64,000 nucleotides of DNA, taken from IMG/VR virus record IMGVR_UViG_3300020196_000003; one strand, given 5' to 3'. The position numbers were made by a program, and so were the translations under genes. How positions within the stretch are numbered: the first letter of the stretch is position 1; each line of letters begins with the position of its first letter. Below, piece by piece: positions 29,113 through 39,047 of this stretch. This DNA comes from a virus. The notes under the pieces were generated by a model. It did no database searches and was not told the DNA's origin. It saw nothing but the letters and a program-made list of their open reading frames with translations.

Positions 29113-29800
29113 AAAAATATTTGTTAAACAACATTTAGGATTGGGGGATAATATTGTCCATAATGGGATGGTAAGGAAGATTTCTGAGGATTACCCTGAA
29201 TATGATATTTACGTACCCGCAAAATCACACAATATAGATAATGTTAAATTTATGTATCGGGACATCAATAAGATTAAAGTTGTTGAGATAAATAACGATA
29301 ATGATATGGATAGGTACACATTAACGAATAGATTTCATAAAATAATTTCATCGTTTCTAATAGGTCAAAAAACATTTGATTATTCTAAGGACTTTGATGA
29401 CTCATTTTATATGATGGCCGGATATGACCCAAAAATCAAACACGAATATTTTCATATCGAGAGGGACATTAATGAGGAAAATAGGGTTTACCAAGAATTA
29501 ATATTAAATAATAATATTAGTAATTATGTTTTTATACACGAAAAAAAAGATGAAAACATACTAATAGATAGACGTAAAATTAATATTGATTTGCCAGTAA
29601 TTTATGCGGATAGAAAATACAAAACTTTTTCATTATTAAAGGTAATTGAAAACGCAAAAGAATGTCACATAATTAGTAGTTCTTTCCTTTCACTACTAAT
29701 GTGTTATAAACTTAATAATAACGTTTTTGCCCATATGTATTCCGATAGGGTTGAACTTAGCGAATATATTAGTAAAAATGGCATAAAAGTAATTAAATAA
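29102..29800 (+). CDS. putative GT-B-like protein
   Basis: HLGLGD and IENAKECHIISSSF; ATG 29102 is in frame with ORF 29093. Confidence 0.55.
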   Translation: MSTKKIFVKQHLGLGDNIVHNGMVRKISEDYPEYDIYVPAKSHNIDNVKFMYRDINKIKVVEINNDNDMDRYTLTNRFHKIISSFLIGQKTFDYSKDFDDSFYMMAGYDPKIKHEYFHIERDINEENRVYQELILNNNISNYVFIHEKKDENILIDRRKINIDLPVIYADRKYKTFSLLKVIENAKECHIISSSFLSLLMCYKLNNNVFAHMYSDRVELSEYISKNGIKVIK

Positions 29801-29821
29801 ATAAACAATTAAATAAATAAA

Positions 29822-30130
29822 ATGGCTGATACTTTAGGTAATGTTATCGACAAATTAGTTACCGTTGATATGAAGATGTGGACTAATCAAGAGTTATTAT
29901 ATGAAATAAGAAGAATGACTTTTGATGAATATAAAGAAAAATATTTTAACGATGAAGAGGGAGCTCAAAAACTTTGGGAAACCTTAAAGAAAGCGACCGA
30001 TCTGAATGTTCAAAGAAACCAACTAATCAATGAAGTTGACGAAAAATTAATCGAACTAATTAACGCTAAGTTTTCAGGTGAGGATCTTGATAACGGTAAA
30101 TTTTTACAACGATCTCACAAGACATACTAA
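29822..30130 (+). CDS. DUF4254-like protein
   Basis: TLGNVIDKL...LNVQRNQLINEVDE. Confidence 0.55.
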   Translation: MADTLGNVIDKLVTVDMKMWTNQELLYEIRRMTFDEYKEKYFNDEEGAQKLWETLKKATDLNVQRNQLINEVDEKLIELINAKFSGEDLDNGKFLQRSHKTY

Positions 30131-30376
30131 TATGAAACAATCCCATTTAGTCTTGCCGAGTATCAAGGATTACAAATTTTTAACGATCACATATCATATG
30201 GAAATATAGATTTTATGAAAAAATATTCTGATTTATGGAACTATATGCACAGAATATATATAGAACATAATTTTGACATATCACATGCTGAAAAAGTTTT
30301 GAAATTTTATTTAGAAAATTATGTCACAACAGAAATAAACACAACAAGCAATATAAATTATAATATATTAAAATAA
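30131..30376 (+). pseudogene. 5'-deleted gene remnant
   Basis: Open frame of 81 codons (...FNDHISYGNIDFMKKYSDL...HAEKVLKFYL...*) with no start at its 5' end; out-of-frame ATG at 30132. Confidence 0.55.
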
Positions 30377-30380
30377 CATT

Positions 30381-31271
30381 ATGGAAAAGGATTTTTTATT
30401 TTTTAACTACTCTTGGGTGTGGGGATCAACAACTTACTTTAAATATTTTGAAAAGATGGGTCATTCTATTGATATTGTTGATGAGAATACCATTCATTAT
30501 TTTAACCCAACCGTTAGTTATAAAAATGTGGTTGTTTATTTGCACGAACCGAATCAATTGCGTAGAATAAATTCTTTATTAGATAATCAACTGAGAAATA
30601 GTTTCCTTATCCAACACGACGATACCGATGAAGAACAATTACAAAGATGGACAATCAGAGAACCTGATATATTCATGCAAAGAGAATTGACAGATAATAC
30701 ACATATAACAACAAAATCACCTGTTATACCATTTCATTTCCCAATGAATAGTATATATGATGAAAATATAACAGATAAACCATATGATATATCTTTTATT
30801 GGTAACATGACAAATCCAAGAAGAAGACCTTTTGTTGATTACATTATTAATTTATCACAAACGACTTTAAGTCATCTTAATTGGTATATAGATGTTAATG
30901 GAGCAAATTACAAACCAGGATTTGCAACTGAAAACTTTAGAAATATTACAAACCAATCTAAAATTGGTCTCCATTATTTTGGTAATTCCTACGACTCAAT
31001 TAGGATTTGGGAAATCCTATCTTGTAAAACCGCATTATTAATGCCAAAAATGAGAAGTCATTCCGTTGACTCAAACCACATGGAGTTGAGTAACTATGAA
31101 ATATTTAATGATGATTACTCCAACCTTGAGGAAAAAATAAATTATTTGTTAGAAGACAATAGATATCTTGATTTAGGGTTAAGAGGTCATGAGGAATTTA
31201 AATCAAACCATAATATTGATAAATGTTGTGAATACTATTATAATTCAGTAATGAAAGTTGCCAGAAAATAA
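30381..31271 (+). CDS. glycosyltransferase (CgeB / Glyco_trans_1_2-like)
   Basis: YDISFIGN..RR, SIRIWEILSCKT, EKINYLL. Confidence 0.65.
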   Translation: MEKDFLFFNYSWVWGSTTYFKYFEKMGHSIDIVDENTIHYFNPTVSYKNVVVYLHEPNQLRRINSLLDNQLRNSFLIQHDDTDEEQLQRWTIREPDIFMQRELTDNTHITTKSPVIPFHFPMNSIYDENITDKPYDISFIGNMTNPRRRPFVDYIINLSQTTLSHLNWYIDVNGANYKPGFATENFRNITNQSKIGLHYFGNSYDSIRIWEILSCKTALLMPKMRSHSVDSNHMELSNYEIFNDDYSNLEEKINYLLEDNRYLDLGLRGHEEFKSNHNIDKCCEYYYNSVMKVARK

Positions 31272-31283
31272 CTTACTGAATTT

Positions 31284-32378
31284 ATGATAAAAATCTATGA
31301 ACCTTATCTAAATAAAAAAACATTATCTTACGCTCACGAAGCGTTAGATTCTACTTGGATCTCATCTCAAGGTTATTATTTAGATGCTGCAAAAGAAAAA
31401 TTGAAATCAATTTTAAATGTTAAATGGATTGTATTAACAAATAATGGTACCACGGCAACTCATTTATTGTCAAAATCATTAATCCATAAAAACCCTAACA
31501 TCAATAACATTATTTGCCCTAATAATGTTTATGTCGCCGCTTGGAATTCATTTTTATATGATAATCATTTTAATTTAAAACCGATTGATACCGACATAAA
31601 AACTTGGAATTTTAACGAAGATTTAATCAATCCTAAAAAAAACGACGCCATTTTAGTTGTTCACAATTTAGGTAACATAGTTAATGTACCTAAACTACAG
31701 AATAAATTTAAAAACACTTTAATTGTTGAAGATAATTGTGAGGGATTTTTGGGAAAATACGATGACCATTATTCGGGAACTAAATCACTTTGTTCTTCAG
31801 TTTCTTTTTTTGGTAATAAGACAATAACAAGTGGTGAAGGAGGTTGTTTTATAACAAACGACGATGAAACATTCGAGTATATAAATAACATCAGAAATCA
31901 GGGTCAATCAAGTGAAAAATTTATACATAACAATTTAGGTTATAACTATAGAATGACCAATATACAAGCAGCAATTCTATATGGTCAGTTAGAGATTATG
32001 AATGAAATTATTGATAAGAAAAATGAGATCTTTAATTTGTATCGTGAAAATCTAAAAACGTTGGACAATGTTGAATTTCAAGAAATTGAGTCAGGTACTA
32101 TTCACTCAAACTGGATGTTTTCACTAAGATTTAATAATATTGATATAGACATTAAAAGGTCTTTGGAATTGCATCTATATAAAATGGGTGTTGAGACTAG
32201 GCCTATGTTTTACTCAATTAATTCACACAAACATTTAAAAAATATAAAATCAGATAACACCATATCTGACACACTAAATTCACAGGTATTATTATTACCA
32301 AGTTCCCCTAATTTGAATAAAGGTCAAGTATTATATATTTGCAGACTAATAAAAGATTTCTTTAAATTAAAAAAATGA
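31284..32378 (+). CDS. DegT/perosamine synthase-type PLP aminotransferase
   Basis: TWISSQG, NGTTATHL, VEDNCE, SFFGNKTITSGEGG, GYNYRMTNIQAA, ETRPMF. Confidence 0.88.
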   Translation: MIKIYEPYLNKKTLSYAHEALDSTWISSQGYYLDAAKEKLKSILNVKWIVLTNNGTTATHLLSKSLIHKNPNINNIICPNNVYVAAWNSFLYDNHFNLKPIDTDIKTWNFNEDLINPKKNDAILVVHNLGNIVNVPKLQNKFKNTLIVEDNCEGFLGKYDDHYSGTKSLCSSVSFFGNKTITSGEGGCFITNDDETFEYINNIRNQGQSSEKFIHNNLGYNYRMTNIQAAILYGQLEIMNEIIDKKNEIFNLYRENLKTLDNVEFQEIESGTIHSNWMFSLRFNNIDIDIKRSLELHLYKMGVETRPMFYSINSHKHLKNIKSDNTISDTLNSQVLLLPSSPNLNKGQVLYICRLIKDFFKLKK

Positions 32379-32809
32379 TAAAAATTTCACACAGAGGTAA
32401 TATTAATGGTAAATTTGAGTCTTATGAAAACGAACCGAACTACATTGATTTAGCAATATCAAAAGGATATGATGTTGAAGTTGACGTTTGGTTTATAGAT
32501 AATATTCTTTGGTTGGGTCACGATAACCCTCAATACGGGGTTGATTTCAATTGGTTTAAGGATAGATTATCTAAATTGTGGATACATTGTAAAGACATCG
32601 ACTCAGTACTATTCTTTAAAGAATGTGGGTATGATTTTAATTATTTTTGGCACCAAGAAGACCACATAACACTTACCTCTTTAAATTTTATTTGGGCATA
32701 TCCCGGAAAACAACCAATTAAGGGTAGTATTTCAGTATTACCTGAGATTAATAACGAAGATATTAATTTATGTTTAGGTGTGTGTAGTGACTTTATTGAA
32801 AATTATTAA
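32375..32809 (+). CDS. small GDPD/PLC-like phosphodiesterase-fold protein
   Basis: ISHRGN, EN.P, DVEVDVW, LGHD, WIHCK, GVCSD. Confidence 0.7.
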   Translation: MIKISHRGNINGKFESYENEPNYIDLAISKGYDVEVDVWFIDNILWLGHDNPQYGVDFNWFKDRLSKLWIHCKDIDSVLFFKECGYDFNYFWHQEDHITLTSLNFIWAYPGKQPIKGSISVLPEINNEDINLCLGVCSDFIENY

Positions 32810-32816
32810 TTTCACC

Positions 32817-34202
32817 ATGTTAAAACAAAAAAAAATTACATCAGAAAAGGATATTGAGTTACTAAGGAATCACATAGATAATAGCCCAAAAGGAACAAAA
32901 ACATTTAGGTACTTTCAAAAAAGAGATTTTTCAGTATTACAAAAACATAAAATCACTTTTTTATATTTTAATAATGGTAAATGTGTAGGTTATGGGCATT
33001 TAGATGAAGAAGATGGTAATGTATGGTTAGGGGTGATAGTTTTTGACGGAAATAATGGTATGGGGTATGGTAAATATATTGTCGAATCGTTGATTAATTC
33101 TTATAATGGTGATATACTTTTATCTGTAGATAAGGACAATATTATGGCACTAAAAATCTACAAAAATTTAAATTTTAAAATAATTAAGGAAAACGAAAAA
33201 TCATATATAATGAAAAAATCTAAAAAAAATAAAGCATTAATTACAGGTATAAATGGCCAAGACGGTTCTTACTTGGCAGAACTTTTAGTAGAAAAAGGTT
33301 ATGAAGTTTGGGGTACAGTTAAAAGAAATTCAGTATCAGAAACACAATCAACAAGAATTGATCATTTAAGAGACGACAATAAAATTACTTTAGAGTATGC
33401 TGACTTAACGGATATGGCCTCATTAATTAGGGTTTTGAAGATGGTTCAACCAGATGAGGTTTATAACTTAGCCGCTCAATCTCATGTTAGAATATCATTT
33501 GATCAACCGATATACACCGCGAACGCAACGGGATTAGGTACATTAAATATGTTAGAAGCGGTTAGAATGGTTTCACCACACTCTAAAATTTATCAAGCTT
33601 CTTCTTCAGAAATGTTTGGAAATAACATAGATAGTGACGGGTACCAAAGGGAAACTACACCCATGAATCCGGTTTCGCCGTATGGGTGTGCTAAAGTTTT
33701 TTCATATAATATATGTAGAAATTATAGAAACTCTTATGGTATGAAAATATGGAATGGAATTTTGTTCAATCATGAATCACCAAGACGAGGAACTAACTTT
33801 GTAACAAATAAAGTAGTTAAAGCCGCAGTAAGAATTAGTTTAGGTTTACAAGACAAATTACATATTGGTAATTTATCAGCAACAAGAGATTGGGGTCACG
33901 CAAAAGATTATGTTTATGCAATGTGGTTAATGTTACAAACCGAAAAACCTGATGATTATGTTTGTGCGACAGGTATTTCACATTCAGTAAAAGACTTATG
34001 TGAATACGTATTTAGTTCATTAGGTTTAAATTATTTAGAATATATTGTTGTTGACGAAAAACATTTTAGACCCGAAGAGTTAGAAAACCTTAAAGGTGAT
34101 TCATCAAAATTAAGAAAATATTTAATGTGGCAACCTGAATACACATTTGAAACAATGTTAGCTGAAATGATTAAATATTGGTTAAAATATTATGGAAAAT
34201 AA
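32817..34202 (+). CDS. gmd: GNAT acetyltransferase fused in frame to GDP-mannose 4,6-dehydratase
   Basis: N-terminal VGYGHLD...GMGYGK...N..A..IY.NLNF (GNAT); from ATG 33210: ALITGINGQDGSYLAE, YNLAAQSHV, SPYGCAK, GILFNHESPRRG, RDWGHAKDYV. Confidence 0.9.
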   Translation: MLKQKKITSEKDIELLRNHIDNSPKGTKTFRYFQKRDFSVLQKHKITFLYFNNGKCVGYGHLDEEDGNVWLGVIVFDGNNGMGYGKYIVESLINSYNGDILLSVDKDNIMALKIYKNLNFKIIKENEKSYIMKKSKKNKALITGINGQDGSYLAELLVEKGYEVWGTVKRNSVSETQSTRIDHLRDDNKITLEYADLTDMASLIRVLKMVQPDEVYNLAAQSHVRISFDQPIYTANATGLGTLNMLEAVRMVSPHSKIYQASSSEMFGNNIDSDGYQRETTPMNPVSPYGCAKVFSYNICRNYRNSYGMKIWNGILFNHESPRRGTNFVTNKVVKAAVRISLGLQDKLHIGNLSATRDWGHAKDYVYAMWLMLQTEKPDDYVCATGISHSVKDLCEYVFSSLGLNYLEYIVVDEKHFRPEELENLKGDSSKLRKYLMWQPEYTFETMLAEMIKYWLKYYGK

Positions 34203-35109
34203 AATTTTAGTAACAGGCGGTCATGGTTTGGTTGGGTCTGAATTTATTGGTGACCAATATTTCAAACCAACTTCTAAAGAATATGATTTAAGAAATCCAC
34301 AAGAAGTTAATAGATTAATGTTAAAGAATTTTGATAGTGTAATACATACTGCGGGAAAAGTAGGTGGGTTAGGTGGTAATATGAATCATAAAGGAGAATT
34401 TTTTTATGACAACATAATGATAAACACTAACGTAATAGAGTCTTCAAGACTTACAAAAGTAAAAAATTTAGTGGCATTTTTGTCAACATGTGTATTCCCC
34501 GATAATGTAGAATATCCCTTAACTGAGAAAAAAGTTCATTTGGGTCCACCCCACTTTTCTAATGACGCATATGCATATGCTAAAAGAATGACCGATATTC
34601 AAATAACAGCATATAAAGAACAGTATGGATTAAATTATAAATCAGTTATACCATCAAATATCTATGGTCCTAATGATAATTACGATATTATTAATGGTCA
34701 TGTTATACCGTCACTAATTCACAAATGTTATCTTGCAAGAGAAAATAAAACCCCTCTTAAAATATGGGGATCAGGAAATCCGCTAAGAGAATTTATTTTT
34801 AGTAAAGATGTTGCAAAATTAACTGAATGGGCGCTGTTTAATTACAATGAAAATGAACCAATAATACTTTCAACATCAGAAGAAATATCAATTAAAGAGA
34901 TTGTTAATATTATTATTGAGCTGATGAATTTTAAAGGTGAAGTAATGTTTGATTCATCTAAACCTGATGGTCAACATAGAAAACCTTCTGACAATTCTAA
35001 AATAAAAAATTATTTACCTGAATTTAAGTTCACTCCTATATATGAAGGGTTAAAAGAAACTATTGAATTTTTCGAAAACAATTATAGTTTTGTAAGAAAA
35101 AATGGATAA
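34192..35109 (+). CDS. fcl: GDP-L-fucose synthase
   Basis: GGHGLVGS, AGKVGG, STCVFP, YAYAKR, PSNIYGP.DN, WGSG.PLREF, KPDG. Confidence 0.9.
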   Translation: MENKILVTGGHGLVGSEFIGDQYFKPTSKEYDLRNPQEVNRLMLKNFDSVIHTAGKVGGLGGNMNHKGEFFYDNIMINTNVIESSRLTKVKNLVAFLSTCVFPDNVEYPLTEKKVHLGPPHFSNDAYAYAKRMTDIQITAYKEQYGLNYKSVIPSNIYGPNDNYDIINGHVIPSLIHKCYLARENKTPLKIWGSGNPLREFIFSKDVAKLTEWALFNYNENEPIILSTSEEISIKEIVNIIIELMNFKGEVMFDSSKPDGQHRKPSDNSKIKNYLPEFKFTPIYEGLKETIEFFENNYSFVRKNG

Positions 35110-35548
35110 ACAAAACAGAACTATAGGTATTACTTGTTCAACATTTGATCTTTTACACGCAGGCCATATAATAATGTTAGAAGAGTGTAAAAAATATTGT
35201 GACTATCTAATATGCGCACTACAAATAGATCCAACAATTGATAGACCAGAAAAAAACAAACCAATACAGACTTTGGTTGAAAGATATATTCAATTAGATG
35301 CAGTAAAACACGTAGATAAAATTATACCATATAATTCGGAGGAAGAGCTCGAATCAATATTTTTATCTTTAGATTTAGATGTTAGGATAATAGGTGAAGA
35401 ATATAAAGAAAAGGACTTTACGGCAAAAAACATTTGTCAAAAAAGAGGCATAAAGTTCGCCTATAACAAGAGAGATCATAATTTTTCATCTACTAACTTA
35501 AGAAATTTAATTTATGACCAAGAAACATCCAAAAGATTTGTAAGATAA
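35102..35548 (+). CDS. TagD-like cytidylyltransferase
   Basis: TFDLLHAGH (HxGH) and R.H.FSST. Confidence 0.85.
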   Translation: MDKQNRTIGITCSTFDLLHAGHIIMLEECKKYCDYLICALQIDPTIDRPEKNKPIQTLVERYIQLDAVKHVDKIIPYNSEEELESIFLSLDLDVRIIGEEYKEKDFTAKNICQKRGIKFAYNKRDHNFSSTNLRNLIYDQETSKRFVR

Positions 35549-35552
35549 AATT

Positions 35553-36284
35553 ATGCAAAAAAGAAAAATAAACACGACAACCGAGGATACTAAAACTCCA
35601 CAATCAAAAAAAGAGTTCATAAACACGGTAGTAAAGAAAAAACAAAGAAGTAAGTTTCTTACTGAAAATCAAAAAGAATATTACGATAGATTAATCACGA
35701 ATCAAATCACAATATGTTCGGGACCAGCTGGTGTTGGTAAAAGTTATATTGCAATGAAGGCCGCAGTTGATCTTTTATTAGACGATGGAAACGCATATGA
35801 AAAAATTATAATTGTAAGGCCTGCGGTTGAGGCAGAGGAAAAACTTGGTTCACTGCCTGGAAACTTAGAAGAAAAATTAGATCCTTACATCTTCCCATCT
35901 TATTATTTATTGAATAAAATTATTGGTAAAGATGAGAGAGAAAAATTGAAGGAACATGAAATAATAGAAGTATTTGCTTTAGCATATATGAGAGGTATGA
36001 ATATAGATAATTCGATTTTAATTTTCGAAGAAGCCCAAAACTCAACCCCCAATCAGATGAAACTCCTTCTTACTAGAATTGGATTCAATAGTAAGTTTTT
36101 TATATCTGGAGACATTGAACAAACTGATAGATATAAAGACAAAAAACAATCAGGTTTATACGATGCTTTAACAAGATTCAAAGGGGTAAACGGAATAGGT
36201 ATTTTTGAATTTGGAGAAAAAGATGGAGTAAGAAACCCAATTATTACAAAAATATTACAAAAATATGATGAGGATAGGCATTGA
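35553..36284 (+). CDS. phoH: PhoH family ATPase
   Basis: GPAGVGKS, VRPAVE, LGSLPG, AYMRG, EEAQN, LTRIG, GDIEQ.D, VRNP. Confidence 0.92.
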   Translation: MQKRKINTTTEDTKTPQSKKEFINTVVKKKQRSKFLTENQKEYYDRLITNQITICSGPAGVGKSYIAMKAAVDLLLDDGNAYEKIIIVRPAVEAEEKLGSLPGNLEEKLDPYIFPSYYLLNKIIGKDEREKLKEHEIIEVFALAYMRGMNIDNSILIFEEAQNSTPNQMKLLLTRIGFNSKFFISGDIEQTDRYKDKKQSGLYDALTRFKGVNGIGIFEFGEKDGVRNPIITKILQKYDEDRH

Positions 36285-36927
36285 TATCAATGGTGTTTTA
36301 AGAGATACAATTGGAAAATTTTCTCAACTTTATGAGAAACATTTAATTGAATCTGATGATAAAGATGTTGTTCACAACACTTATGAATTAGATATGTCTG
36401 GAAATACACAGATTATTAACAATCTTACGGAAAAGTTTGACTATAAAATTATTTCGGAAGTTGATTCTCTAAATTTAGAAAACCATTTTGCGTTCAAAAA
36501 CAAAGACGAGTTGTTTAATTTTATGTATGAAGAATACTCTATGGAATTATTTGGTCATGCACCATCCACCGAAATGACGACTTTCAATATTTTAAACGAT
36601 TTATATTTCAATTTGAGAAACGAGAACGAATTAGTAGTTGTCTCGAGCGAAATCGGAAAATCTAAACCATCTTCTCTTTTTTTTCTTTCTAAATTTGGAT
36701 GTTTGTTAGAAAAAATATTTTTTTTCAGTGAGATCACAAAAAATAACATGTGGAATCAAATAGATGTTTTACTTACCGCAGATCCTAATCTATTATTAGA
36801 AAAACCAAAAGGAAAAATTGTAATACAATTCAATACTTCCTACAATAAACATGTTCAATCAGATTTACAAATAGACAGATTATGTGAATTTGAAGAAATT
36901 TTAAAAAAAATAAAGAAAAATGTTTAA
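36265..36927 (+). CDS. HAD-like 5'(3')-nucleotidase-related protein
   Basis: RIGIDINGVLRD and a C-terminal FNTSYN. Confidence 0.6.
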   Translation: MMRIGIDINGVLRDTIGKFSQLYEKHLIESDDKDVVHNTYELDMSGNTQIINNLTEKFDYKIISEVDSLNLENHFAFKNKDELFNFMYEEYSMELFGHAPSTEMTTFNILNDLYFNLRNENELVVVSSEIGKSKPSSLFFLSKFGCLLEKIFFFSEITKNNMWNQIDVLLTADPNLLLEKPKGKIVIQFNTSYNKHVQSDLQIDRLCEFEEILKKIKKNV

Positions 36928-37174
36928 AATTTTAGGAGAAAATTACTATGTCGATTTAGATAAAATCGAAAAAGAAGTTGAAATTATGAATTTGACAGGT
37001 GAATCCCAAATTCATTTAGTCAAATATGAAATGATTAAAAATATGTTGGAGACTGTTTTAACCGAAAATGAAACTGTGGATGAGAATATGGGATTTAAAA
37101 CAAATGAAGTTACCATTCCATTTAAAATTTCATTTAACACTCTCTTAATAAAAAAAATAATAAATAAATTATAA
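36920..37174 (+). CDS. hypothetical protein
   Basis: 84-aa coupled ORF. Confidence 0.65.
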   Translation: MFKILGENYYVDLDKIEKEVEIMNLTGESQIHLVKYEMIKNMLETVLTENETVDENMGFKTNEVTIPFKISFNTLLIKKIINKL

Positions 37175-37179
37175 TTAAT

Positions 37180-38238
37180 ATGAATGAAGAACAAATTAAA
37201 AAATTAGAAAAATCTATCGACAACATGAAAGAAAAGTTGTCACGGATTTATTTTATTGTGCAAGACACAAAAGGTAACGCTAAAGCATCGATAAGATACA
37301 TTTATCAAATGGCTTTGACTTTAAAAAGAAACGGTTACAATTCCATTATCCTTCATGAAAAACCAGATTATTTTGGTGTTTCTTCTTGGTTAGGTGAAGA
37401 ATATATGTTAGAATTAGAACATAGAGCAATCGAAGGAACAAGTTTAGAAATTTCCCCTGATGATTTAATTATCATTCCTGAAATATATGGATTCATAATG
37501 GATCAAATCACAAAACTTCCTTGTGGTAAAGTTGTTTTATGTCAGGCTTTTGATCACATATTTGAAACTTTACAACCAGGTCAAACTTGGAGTCAATTAG
37601 GGTTTTACAAATGTATTACAACTTCAGAAAAACAAAAAGAATTAATCGAGGGTGTTATGAGACAAATTTCAGTTGATGTAATTTCCCCTTATATTTCCGA
37701 TAATTTTCAAAAAAATACATTCCCACCAAAAACTGTCGTAAATATTCACACTCGTGATCATAGAGATACAACAAATCTTATCAAAACTTTTTATGCTAAA
37801 TTTCCACAATATAGATGGATCACATTTAGAGATTTGAGAGGACTGTCTGAAGAAGAATTCTCCTTAGCAATGAAAGACAGTTTTATTTCTGTTTGGATAG
37901 ATCAAACAAGTTCTTTTGGGACATTTCCATTAGAATCTATGAAAATGGGAATTCCTGTATTAGGTTTGGTTCCTGATCATGTACCAACATGGATGAATGA
38001 AGACAATGGGCTTTGGATGAATAATAAAACAATTATAGTTGATGTTCTTTCCGACTTTATTCAAAATTGGTTAGAAGACAATTTAAATCCAGAGTTGTTT
38101 TCTAACATGGAATCGACAATTAATTCAATTTCAAACTCACAAAAATTTGAAACGGATACTTTAGAACTTTTTAGTAAAATGTTCGAAAGCAGAATAACTT
38201 CATTTGAAGATCAACTTGAAAAATTACAAACAATTTAA
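37180..38238 (+). CDS. GT-B-like glycosyltransferase
   Basis: IIIPEIY and SSFGTFPLESMKMGIPV (GT4-like C-terminal motif). Confidence 0.65.
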   Translation: MNEEQIKKLEKSIDNMKEKLSRIYFIVQDTKGNAKASIRYIYQMALTLKRNGYNSIILHEKPDYFGVSSWLGEEYMLELEHRAIEGTSLEISPDDLIIIPEIYGFIMDQITKLPCGKVVLCQAFDHIFETLQPGQTWSQLGFYKCITTSEKQKELIEGVMRQISVDVISPYISDNFQKNTFPPKTVVNIHTRDHRDTTNLIKTFYAKFPQYRWITFRDLRGLSEEEFSLAMKDSFISVWIDQTSSFGTFPLESMKMGIPVLGLVPDHVPTWMNEDNGLWMNNKTIIVDVLSDFIQNWLEDNLNPELFSNMESTINSISNSQKFETDTLELFSKMFESRITSFEDQLEKLQTI

Positions 38239-38240
38239 TT

Positions 38241-39047
38241 ATGAGCAACAAAAATAAAATATCAGTTATTTTACCAATTAAATCAGGTAAAGCAATCGAC
38301 TTTCAAGAATTTTTTGATAAGTGTATCCAATCTGTCAAAAATCAAGGAGATTTTTTAGGTGAACTAATAATCGTTCACGGATCAGAAGAATATTTAACTA
38401 ACTTTTTAGATAAGTATGATTTCAGTGGTCTAACTGTAGTCAAAGAAGTATGGACAACCAAACCAAATTTTGCGAAACAAGTAAACAAGGGTGTTGAAAT
38501 CGCAAAAAATGAATGGTGTTCGATCGTGGAATTTGATGACGAATATTCGAATATTTGGTTCAAAAACGTAATTAAATATATGAATATTTATAAAGATGTA
38601 GATGCGTTCTTACCTATAGTAGTTGACGTTGATGATAAGTTGGTATTTGCTGGATTTACTAATGAAGCAACTTTTGCGGCTAATGTATCAACTGACATGG
38701 GAATTTTGAGCAACGAAACATTACAAACTTATCAAAATTTTCAGACATCAGGTATGGTTTTCAAAAAACAAAAATACCAAGAAGTTGGTGGTTTGAAATC
38801 CAATATCAAACTAACTTTTGGTTATGAATTATTTTTACGTCTTACACACTACTCAGCACGAATTATGACAATACCTCGTATTGGTTACAAACATATTAAC
38901 TTAAGAGAAGGATCAATTTTTTGGAACTACAAAAACGGTGACGACAGATTGGATCAGGAAGAAGCAAGATTTTGGATCGAGACGGCAAAAAAAGAATTTT
39001 TTTTCAAAAACGAAAGGGATATAAATTATGAACCACAAGAAATTTGA
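38241..39047 (+). CDS. GT2-like glycosyltransferase
   Basis: ISVILP, QVNKG, EFDD (DxD-like), EVGG, ELFLR. Confidence 0.7.
   Translation: MSNKNKISVILPIKSGKAIDFQEFFDKCIQSVKNQGDFLGELIIVHGSEEYLTNFLDKYDFSGLTVVKEVWTTKPNFAKQVNKGVEIAKNEWCSIVEFDDEYSNIWFKNVIKYMNIYKDVDAFLPIVVDVDDKLVFAGFTNEATFAANVSTDMGILSNETLQTYQNFQTSGMVFKKQKYQEVGGLKSNIKLTFGYELFLRLTHYSARIMTIPRIGYKHINLREGSIFWNYKNGDDRLDQEEARFWIETAKKEFFFKNERDINYEPQEI

Noticed and set aside
18895-39047. Bacterial chromosomal O-antigen/capsule locus
   Set aside because: No wzx/wzy/ABC exporter or priming GT seen; embedded among T4-like phage genes
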